Both the position numbers and the translations under genes were made by a program. The notes below the pieces were generated by a model. That model had not been told where the DNA came from and ran no database searches. It saw only the letters and a list, made by a program, of their open reading frames with translations. This document shows, in pieces, positions 1-7,549 of a DNA stretch of 64,000 nucleotides (its first letter is position 1; each line of letters opens with the position of its first letter). The stretch spans positions 448,001 through 512,000 of the forward strand of contig CAWDDT010000009.1 of NCBI GenBank assembly GCA_963801165.1, read 5' to 3'. Origin of the DNA: an uncultured bacterium (GTDB lineage Bacteria > Actinomycetota > Acidimicrobiia > Spongiisociales > UBA5794).

Positions 1-927
1 ATCACTCCCGATCGAGACGGGTACCGGGCGGTCGGTCTCGACCGAGAGGTCCGCATCTCCAACCCGCACAAGCCCTTCTTCGGTGACGAGTACACCAAGG
101 GAGACCTGATCCAGTACTACGCATCGATCGCACCCGTGCTCCTGCCGCACCTAGAGGGCCGGGCGCTGTCGATGAGCCGCTACCCGGACGGTACGCACGG
201 CGGCTCGTTCTACGAGAAGCAGTGCCCGTCGCACGCACCCGACTGGCTGGTGCGGGCGCCGATCCACTCGGGCCATCGCGGCGAGGAGATCGAGTTCTGC
301 ACCGCCCCCGACATCGAATCGCTGGTGTGGCTGGCCAACATGGCATGTATCGAGATGCACCCCTGGCTGAGCCGGGCCGAGCGTCACGAGTACCCCGACT
401 TCGCAGTGTTCGACCTCGATCCTCAGGAGGGCGCCACTTGGAGCCAGGTGACATACACAGCCAACCTCATCAAGGTGATCCTCGACAAGCTCGGCCTCGC
501 CGCCTACCCCAAGACGAGCGGAGCCACGGGCATCCATATCTACGTCCCCCTCGACCCGCTCTACGAGTACAGCCGGGTCCGGAAGTTCGTCGAGACCGTT
601 GGCCAGTTGATCGTCGCCGCCGACCCGGACACCGTCACGATGATCTGGGACAAGCCGAAGCGCGGGCCCAAGGTGTTCATCGACCACAACCAGAACGTGG
701 GCGGGAAGACAATCGCCTCTGTCTATTCGGTGCGACCCCACCCAGGTGCGCCGGTTTCCACCCCGTTTCTGTGGGACGAGCTCGAGACGGTGCAACCAGA
801 CGACTTCACCATGGCCACCATCTGGCCGAGGCTGCGCCAATACGGCGATCTCTTCGCCCCGGTGTTGAGTGGTGGGCAGACCCTGGAGCGGGCGGAGGTG
901 GCGTTACACCTCGCCCCTGAGGACTAG
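1..927 (+). CDS. ligD: NHEJ DNA ligase D polymerase/primase domain (5'-partial; frame open from base 1)
   Basis: Frame 1 reads ISNPHKPFF..TKGDLIQYY, RYPDG..FYEK, DLDP, KTSGATGIHIYVP, FIDHNQN..GKTIASVYSVR, all AEP LigD-Pol motifs. Confidence 0.93.
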   Translation: MTPDRDGYRAVGLDREVRISNPHKPFFGDEYTKGDLIQYYASIAPVLLPHLEGRALSMSRYPDGTHGGSFYEKQCPSHAPDWLVRAPIHSGHRGEEIEFCTAPDIESLVWLANMACIEMHPWLSRAERHEYPDFAVFDLDPQEGATWSQVTYTANLIKVILDKLGLAAYPKTSGATGIHIYVPLDPLYEYSRVRKFVETVGQLIVAADPDTVTMIWDKPKRGPKVFIDHNQNVGGKTIASVYSVRPHPGAPVSTPFLWDELETVQPDDFTMATIWPRLRQYGDLFAPVLSGGQTLERAEVALHLAPED

Positions 928-1500
928 ATCGACGGCGGCGACGATCAGGTTGTGCTCCACCTCGTGGATGCGCTTCTCGAGATCGTCCAAGGACTCTCCC
1001 GGGAAGATCGGGACCCGCTCCAATGTCACCACAGGCCCCGCATCGACCTCAGGAATCACCCGATGCACCATGACGCCCGTCTGGGTGATCTCACCTTGTT
1101 GGAACGCGGTGTAGGCCCTCTCGATGGCGTGTGTCCCGGGAAAAGTCCCCGGCAACGCGGGATGCAGGTTGATCACCTTGCCGGGAAAGTGCTCGAGGAA
1201 CGCCTCGCTCAGCACGAGCATCCAGCCGGCCAGCACCACCAGGTCCGGCCGGTATCCGGCGACGAGCCCCGCCAGCTCGACATCGAAGGCGAGCCGGTTG
1301 CCCCCGTCGGCGAGCACGTTCCCCAGGTCCATGATCTCGGTGGGTATTCCGGCGCGCTTTGCCCGGGTCAACCCGAACGCATCGGGATCGCTCGAGACTA
1401 CCGCTGCGATTTCGGTGTCGAGATCACCCGCCGCGACGCTGTCGATCAGCGTCTGGAGGTTGGAGCCGTTACCCGAGATGAGAACGACGATCCTGCTCAC
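904..1500 (-). CDS. purN: Phosphoribosylglycinamide formyltransferase
   Basis: VLISGNGSNLQ, LAGWM, NLHPALPG, VH..VDAGP motifs; GTGA overlap with purM. Confidence 0.97.
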   Translation of the reverse strand: MSRIVVLISGNGSNLQTLIDSVAAGDLDTEIAAVVSSDPDAFGLTRAKRAGIPTEIMDLGNVLADGGNRLAFDVELAGLVAGYRPDLVVLAGWMLVLSEAFLEHFPGKVINLHPALPGTFPGTHAIERAYTAFQQGEITQTGVMVHRVIPEVDAGPVVTLERVPIFPGESLDDLEKRIHEVEHNLIVAAVDLVLRGEV

Positions 1501-2378
1501 GTCAGCTCAACCGGCTTGCCCGTGCGGGGCACGATCTCGCCAATGCGCCACGCATCGGGGCCGATGATCTCCATGGCGCCGGCGGCGTCGTCGGCGGCGA
1601 CGACAACCAACATGCCCGCCCCCATGTTGAAGGTTCGGAACATCTCTTCGTCGGGGACGTTGCCTTGCGAGCGGATCATGGCAAACAGCGGCGCCGGCGA
1701 CCACGTCGATGTGTCTATGCGCATTGCCATGTCGTCGGCGAGAACGCGGGCAGGGTTCTCGATGAGACCACCCCCCGTCACGTGAACGAGCGAATGGATG
1801 GAGATGCCCGCTTCCCGGATGCTCATCACCTCGCTCAGATAGCTGCGGTGCACGGCCAGCAGCGCAGCGCCGAGCGACGACCCGAGTGCGGCGACCCGAT
1901 CGTCGAGATTCCAATGTTCGAACACCCGGCGGGCCAGCGAATAACCGTTGGTGTGTAGCCCGGTGGACTTGATGGCGATCACGGCATCGCCGATCTCGAT
2001 GCCGCTGTGGTCGATCGCTTCCGCCCGGTCCACCACCCCCACGATCGTACCGACGACGTCGAGCTCACCCGTCCTGTAGACGCCCGGAAGCTCGGCGGTC
2101 TCACCACCGAGCAGAGCGCAGCCCGCCACCCGGCAGGCTTTCGCCATACCCCCAACCACGGTGGCGGCGATGGCGGGATCGAGTTGGCTGGTGGCGAAAT
2201 AGTCGAGAAAGAACAGAGGCCGGGCCCCCTGGACGAGAACGTCGTTGATGCAGTGGTTGACGATGTCCTGGCCGATGGTGTCGTAGCGCTGCATCGTGGT
2301 CGCGATGGTGGTTTTGGTCCCGACCGAGTCCGTCGACGCCACCAGCACCGCGGTCGGCGCCGAGCCCGGATGCGTCAT
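1497..2378 (-). CDS. purM: AIR synthase (phosphoribosylformylglycinamidine cyclo-ligase), C-terminal part; the N-terminus lies in the purD frame (frameshift at ~2352)
   Basis: VLVASTDSVGTK, NDVLVQGARPLFFLDY, GGETAELPG, GLHTNGYSL, HVTGGG, EMFRTFNMG. Confidence 0.93.
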   Translation of the reverse strand: MTHPGSAPTAVLVASTDSVGTKTTIATTMQRYDTIGQDIVNHCINDVLVQGARPLFFLDYFATSQLDPAIAATVVGGMAKACRVAGCALLGGETAELPGVYRTGELDVVGTIVGVVDRAEAIDHSGIEIGDAVIAIKSTGLHTNGYSLARRVFEHWNLDDRVAALGSSLGAALLAVHRSYLSEVMSIREAGISIHSLVHVTGGGLIENPARVLADDMAMRIDTSTWSPAPLFAMIRSQGNVPDEEMFRTFNMGAGMLVVVAADDAAGAMEIIGPDAWRIGEIVPRTGKPVELT

Positions 2379-3822
2379 ACATGCCGCCGAACGCCCCGAT
2401 GCCGCTGATCACCTCGGGCCCATAGGTGGAAACGACGGCGCGTTTCATCATGGCGACCGCCCGCGTTCCGGCGTCGATGTCGACCCCGGCGTCGGCATAG
2501 GTGGTCGACCTGGGCAGCGGGCTCTGCCCGGAGTCTTCGATCGTCCCGGAGATCCTTCCGCCGATGTCGTTGCGGTATTGCATGCCGGCGAAGTCGATGT
2601 GCTCGATGCCGTGATAGGCGCAGGCCAGAGCCATCGGCAGAGTTGGTTGCACCCCGGTGACGGCCAGGACTCTTCCACCAGCGGTGACGACATCGTCGGC
2701 AAGTGCGGTTCCGGCGTGGAATACCGTGACGCCGGGCACGCTGTTGGCTTCGCCGATGCCCGTGATGGGAATCCCCCTCTCGTACTCGCCGGGATACCCC
2801 GCCGAGGCGGCCACGACGGTCGCCGCCACTGCGTCCTCCCATTCGACGATGAGCTCATCGAGGGTTCCCGCCACGCAGGCCGACAGGATCTCGTAGAGGT
2901 CGCTGTGCAACAGAGGCAGCACCACTTGCGCCTCCGGGTCGCCGAACCGGCAGTTGAACTCGAGCACCTTGGGCCCGTCGTCGGTGAGCATCAACCCCGC
3001 ATACAGCACCCCCACATAGGGGTGTCCTTCCCGCGCCAGCTCATCGAGCACCGGTCGCATCACCCTCTCCACGACCTGAAGCTCCAGGGCCGCATCGACC
3101 AGCGGGGTCGGAGCGTATGCCCCCATGCCACCGGTATTGGGTCCCTTGTCGCCGTCGAGCAGCGGCTTGTGGTCCTGGGCGGCCGGCATCAGCGCGATGG
3201 TGGCACCGTCGCAGAAGGCGAGGACGGTGGCTTCCTGGCCCGTCAGGTATTTCTCGATGAGGACTTCGTCTCCCGATGCGCCGAACTCGCGGTCGACCAT
3301 GATCCGGTGCAGGGCGTGGTTGGACTCGGCGAGGGAGCCCGGGACGATGACCCCTTTCCCGGCGGCGAGGCCGGAGGCCTTGATAACGACCGGGTACGCG
3401 GCCGACCTGACGTACGTGACAGCTTCGTTGTAGTCGGTGAAAGCGCGGTACCCGGCGGTGGGAACCCCGGTCTTCTCCATCAACTCTTTGGAGTAACGCT
3501 TCGATCCTTCCAACCGCGCCGCAGCGGCATCAGGTCCGAAACAACGGAGTCCTGCGCTCTGGAACCTGTCGACGATTCCCACGGTCAGTGGCGCTTCCGG
3601 GCCGATCACGGTCAGGGCAATGTCGTTTGTTGTGGCGAATTCGATGAGCTCGTCGATCTCGTTCTCGCTGATCGGGACGTTCTCGATCTTGCCACCGGCG
3701 CCTGCCGTGCCACCGTTGCCCGGGGCGACGAAGACCTTGCGCACTTTCTCCGACTGTGCCAGTTTCCATGCGAGGGCATGCTCCCGTCCGCCACCTCCGA
3801 CAACGAGCACCATGTCGGTCAT
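2101..3822 (-). CDS. purD: Phosphoribosylamine-glycine ligase fused in frame to the PurM N-terminus (PurD-PurM bifunctional gene 1497-3822 with a one-base frameshift)
   Basis: GGGGREHAL, APGNGG, KASGLAAGKGV, QDHK..DGDKGPNTGGMGAY, EFNCRFGDPE, then TYADAGVDIDAG..GIGAFGGMY (PurM start); ATGA overlap with purF. Confidence 0.93.
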   Translation of the reverse strand: MTDMVLVVGGGGREHALAWKLAQSEKVRKVFVAPGNGGTAGAGGKIENVPISENEIDELIEFATTNDIALTVIGPEAPLTVGIVDRFQSAGLRCFGPDAAAARLEGSKRYSKELMEKTGVPTAGYRAFTDYNEAVTYVRSAAYPVVIKASGLAAGKGVIVPGSLAESNHALHRIMVDREFGASGDEVLIEKYLTGQEATVLAFCDGATIALMPAAQDHKPLLDGDKGPNTGGMGAYAPTPLVDAALELQVVERVMRPVLDELAREGHPYVGVLYAGLMLTDDGPKVLEFNCRFGDPEAQVVLPLLHSDLYEILSACVAGTLDELIVEWEDAVAATVVAASAGYPGEYERGIPITGIGEANSVPGVTVFHAGTALADDVVTAGGRVLAVTGVQPTLPMALACAYHGIEHIDFAGMQYRNDIGGRISGTIEDSGQSPLPRSTTYADAGVDIDAGTRAVAMMKRAVVSTYGPEVISGIGAFGGMYDASGLGADRGAGGVDGLGRDQNHHRDHDAALRHHRPGHRQPLHQRRSRPGGPASVLSRLFRHQPTRSRHRRHRGWGYGESLPGGGLRSARW

Positions 3823-5297
3823 CTGTTCTCTCCTTCGCCGGACCACGCACCCTGGAAGGCCATCTTGTCCCGGCTCTCCCAGTAGGAGTCGAGCTTGATC
3901 GGGTACTCGCCCGAGAAGCAGGCGTTGCAGTGGCCGGCGCCCGGAGGTGCCGCCGACTCGACCGCCTGCATCATCCCTTCCTCAGACAGGTAGGCGAGCG
4001 ATTCGGCCCCGATGTGCTTCCGGATCTCCTCGGTGGTCTTGATGAATCCGATGAGCTGCTCGCTGTCGGCCATGTCGATTCCCATGAAACAGGGATGCCG
4101 CACCGGCGGTGACGACACGCGGACGTGAACCTCGGCAGCGCCTCCTTCCCGCAGCAGCGAGACGAGCGGGCCGGCCGTTGTGCCGCGGACGATCGAGTCG
4201 TCGACCAGAACGACCCGCTTACCCTCGAGGTTCGATCCGAGCGGGTTGTACTTGAGATGCACTCCGGAGCGGCGCAGCTGCTCACTCGGTTGGATGAAGG
4301 TACGGCCGATGTAACGATTCTTGGTGAGACCCTCCGTATACGGGATGCCGGAGGCGGCGGCGTAGCCGATAGCCGCAGGGGTAGCCGAGTCCGGGACGCC
4401 GACGACGACGTCTGCCTCGGCGGGTGCTTCCCGTGCTAGAGCCTCGCCGAGCTTCTGGCGCACCTTGTGGATCGATTGGCCCTCGAACACCGAGTCGGGA
4501 CGGGCGAAGTACACGTACTCGAAGACGCACAACGAGGTCCGGGTCGGGGTCATGCCGATCGTGCTGTGATAGCCGTCTTTGTCGAGACGGATGATCTCGC
4601 CGGGGGCTACCTCGCGGACGAACCGGGCACCAACGGTGCCGAGGGCGCACGACTCGGAGGCGACCACGTATCCGCCACCTTCCAGCTCGCCGACGCACAG
4701 CGGGCGGAACCCCTGCGGATCCCTGACCCCGAAGACGGCATCACGGGTCAGCACGACGAGTGTGTAGGCGCCCTCCGCCTCCCGCATGAAACCGGCGATT
4801 CTGGCTTCCCAGTCGGGACCGTTGTTGGTGCCCGTCGGGGCGGCGAGCATCTGGGTGATCACCTCGCTGTCGGTGGAGGAGGTGAGCCCGACCCCCCGTT
4901 CCAGCAGCTTGTTGCGGAGTTGGGGGGCGTTGGTGAGGTTGCCGTTGTGGCCGACCCCGAGCGGCCCGTGCATTGTCTCGAGCAGGTACGGCTGGGCGTT
5001 GCGGAGATGCGACGAACCTGTCGTCGAGTAGCGAGTCTGCCCGATGGCGAGGTGGCCGGTCAGCCGGGAGAGATTGCTCTCGTTGAAGACCTGGGAGACA
5101 AGACCCATGTCCTTGTGTACCGCCGCCGAGATGCCGTCGCTGGTGGCGATGCCGGCGCTCTCCTGGCCACGATGTTGGAGCGCATAGAGGGCGAAGAAGC
5201 TGATTCGGGCGACGTCGGTGTCGGGTGCGTAGATGCCGAAGACGCCACACTCCTCGTGCGGCCGGTCCAGCTCGTCGTCTCGCAGAAACCAGTCCAT
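3819..5297 (-). CDS. purF: Amidophosphoribosyltransferase
   Basis: Propeptide then CGVFGI, QHRGQE, RYST, HNGN, VDDSIVRGTT, Fe-S cysteines. Confidence 0.98.
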   Translation of the reverse strand: MDWFLRDDELDRPHEECGVFGIYAPDTDVARISFFALYALQHRGQESAGIATSDGISAAVHKDMGLVSQVFNESNLSRLTGHLAIGQTRYSTTGSSHLRNAQPYLLETMHGPLGVGHNGNLTNAPQLRNKLLERGVGLTSSTDSEVITQMLAAPTGTNNGPDWEARIAGFMREAEGAYTLVVLTRDAVFGVRDPQGFRPLCVGELEGGGYVVASESCALGTVGARFVREVAPGEIIRLDKDGYHSTIGMTPTRTSLCVFEYVYFARPDSVFEGQSIHKVRQKLGEALAREAPAEADVVVGVPDSATPAAIGYAAASGIPYTEGLTKNRYIGRTFIQPSEQLRRSGVHLKYNPLGSNLEGKRVVLVDDSIVRGTTAGPLVSLLREGGAAEVHVRVSSPPVRHPCFMGIDMADSEQLIGFIKTTEEIRKHIGAESLAYLSEEGMMQAVESAAPPGAGHCNACFSGEYPIKLDSYWESRDKMAFQGAWSGEGENR

Positions 5298-5335
5298 GGA
5301 TCCTTACTTCCGGGGGGAGGCTAGTGGCCAGGGCA

Positions 5336-5812
5336 TTACTGAATCTCCTTGTCATCCCCGACGATCGTTTCCGTCGACGTCTGCTGGACGAGCCGCACCG
5401 TCTCCCGGATCGCATCATCTCCGACACCGAGGATCTTTGCGGCGGCCAGCGCTGCCCCACCGGGATCGAGGACCACCATAGGCGCGATGCCGGACGGCAT
5501 CCGGAGCGACGAGAAGAGATCGGCGCCGCCGAACCGGTCCGAATACGGTGGGCAGGCGATGACCGGTGCCGCGACGTTGCCGTCGACGAGACCGCTCAAC
5601 GCATTGGAGCGACCCGCGATCGTGACGTAGACCTTTGGTCTGGCATCGGCCTCGTACCCGGTCAGAATCCCGAGCAGATGGGCGGCCGCCTTGTGGGCGG
5701 AGGCGACCCGGATCTCGCTGGCGATGCCGAAGACGCTGAGCGCGTCTGCAACCGCCTTGCCGTGCTCCAGGTCCGATCTGGAGCCCATGATGATCGGAAC
5801 GAGAGGGCTCAT
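5336..5812 (-). CDS. purE: AIR carboxylase, class II PurE type
   Basis: MGSRSD, SAHK, IAGRSNALSG, SSLRMPSG. Confidence 0.95.
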   Translation of the reverse strand: MSPLVPIIMGSRSDLEHGKAVADALSVFGIASEIRVASAHKAAAHLLGILTGYEADARPKVYVTIAGRSNALSGLVDGNVAAPVIACPPYSDRFGGADLFSSLRMPSGIAPMVVLDPGGAALAAAKILGVGDDAIRETVRLVQQTSTETIVGDDKEIQ

Positions 5813-6750
5813 GACAATGCCCTTCTGATGCGATCGGCTGCCGGCTGCTCACCGGGTTCGAACGTCTTGCCGGTGAGACGCTCGTAGGTGTCGATGTACC
5901 TGGCGGCGACGGCGGCAACGAATTCGTCGGGCATCGTTGGAGCCGTTCCCTCGCCGCGGTAGCCCTGCTCGACGAACCAGAGGCGCAGGAACTCCTTGTC
6001 GTAGTTCTCCGGTTCGCCGAGCCCGTAGCTGTCGGCGACCCAGTAGCGGCTCGAGTCGGGGGTGTGCACCTCGTCGATGAGGGCGAGCTTCCCGTCGATC
6101 AGGCCGAACTCGTACTTCGTGTCGACCAGGATGAGGCCGGCCTCCGCTGCCACCCGCTGACCGTGTAGGAACACTGCCAGCGCTGCTTCTTGCACTTCGT
6201 CCCAGAGAGCCGGGTCAACCAGCCCTCTGGACACCACCTCGGACCCTGTCAGCCGCTCGTCGTGGGCGCCACCTACCGCTTTGGTGGTGGGGGTGATCAC
6301 CGGGTCCGGAAGCGGGTCGTTCTTGTGCAGGCCCGGCGGCAGGTCGAGACCGTAGGGGCGTTCGACACCCTGTTCGTACAGGGTCCACAGCGACGTCGAA
6401 GTGACCCCGGTGATGAAGCCGCGCACGATGACCTCGACCGGCAACGCTTCGGCTTCCGCACCGATAGTGACGTTTGGGTCGGGGACCGAGATAACGTGGC
6501 TGGCGACCATATCGGCGACCTCGCGGAACCACCAGGCGCTGAGCTGGTTGAGCACCTGGCCCTTGAACGGGATGACCCCGAGCACCCGGTCGAACGCTGA
6601 TACCCGGTCGGTCGTGATCAAGACCCGGCGGTCGCCCTGGAGATAGATGTCTCTGACTTTGCCCTCGATCCTCTCGCCGAGCTCGGGGTAATCGGTCCTG
6701 AGCAGCGCGCCCGGTATCGCGGCGCGGATGGTCGATTTGTTGATCGTCAC
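5809..6750 (-). CDS. purC: SAICAR synthetase (long form)
   Basis: GKVRDIY, TDRVSAFD, KGQVLNQ, DTKYEFG, DEVHTPDSSR; GTG start at 6750 with GGAGGAG RBS. Confidence 0.97.
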   Translation of the reverse strand: MTINKSTIRAAIPGALLRTDYPELGERIEGKVRDIYLQGDRRVLITTDRVSAFDRVLGVIPFKGQVLNQLSAWWFREVADMVASHVISVPDPNVTIGAEAEALPVEVIVRGFITGVTSTSLWTLYEQGVERPYGLDLPPGLHKNDPLPDPVITPTTKAVGGAHDERLTGSEVVSRGLVDPALWDEVQEAALAVFLHGQRVAAEAGLILVDTKYEFGLIDGKLALIDEVHTPDSSRYWVADSYGLGEPENYDKEFLRLWFVEQGYRGEGTAPTMPDEFVAAVAARYIDTYERLTGKTFEPGEQPAADRIRRALS

Positions 6751-6772
6751 GGCTCCTCCTCGTGATCCACCA

Positions 6773-7549
6773 CTAGACGCGGGCCGCATGGCCCACTCCG
6801 TTCTCGAATAACGCCAACCCCAAGCCCTTCTGGTGGCCGTGGTGGCGGCGCGGGTGCTGCTCCGGAGCAATGTGGTTCTCCGGGTGTGGCATCAACCCGA
6901 GGACGTTGCCGGCGGGGTTGCTGATCCCGGCGATGTTGTTCATCGAACCGTTGGGGTTGGCGGGGTAATCACCCGACGAATAGCGAACGGCGACGAGGCC
7001 CGCATCCTCGAGCGCGGTGAGAGTCCCGTCGCTGGTGAGGAACCTGCCTTCACCGTGGGCAACGGGACAGTAGATGTGTTCCTCCAGGTTGCGGGTCCAG
7101 ATGTTGTCGCCTTCCGGGACGAGCTCGACCCAGCGGCACTCGAACCGCCCCGACTCGTTGCGGGTGAGGGTGGCTTGCTGGGCCCATTGTTGCCTTGTCC
7201 CCACGGCTACGTGGTTGTCTAGAGCAGGCAGTAACCCTGACTTGACCAGGGCTTGGAAGCCGTTACAGATGCCGATGACGGGGCGGCCCGCGTCGACGAA
7301 CTCATCGAGATCGTCACCGAGCCGGGAGCGCAGAGCGATGGCCCACAGCTTGCCGGCGCCGAGGTCGTCCCCGTAGGAGAATCCACCCGGCAACACCATC
7401 ATCTGATAGTCGAGCAGACGTGCGGTCGCGTCACGGAGCGCATTGATGTGCACGATCTCGGGAACGCCACCTGCGAGGTCGAGTGCCCTGGCCACGTCGT
7501 GATCGCGGTTGGTGCCGGTGGCGTGGACGATGAGCGCCCGGGGCTTCAT
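6773..7549 (-). CDS. purQ: FGAM synthase glutaminase subunit
   Basis: GTNRD, PGGFSYGD, GICNGFQ, AHGEG, GLMPHPE. Confidence 0.97.
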   Translation of the reverse strand: MKPRALIVHATGTNRDHDVARALDLAGGVPEIVHINALRDATARLLDYQMMVLPGGFSYGDDLGAGKLWAIALRSRLGDDLDEFVDAGRPVIGICNGFQALVKSGLLPALDNHVAVGTRQQWAQQATLTRNESGRFECRWVELVPEGDNIWTRNLEEHIYCPVAHGEGRFLTSDGTLTALEDAGLVAVRYSSGDYPANPNGSMNNIAGISNPAGNVLGLMPHPENHIAPEQHPRRHHGHQKGLGLALFENGVGHAARV

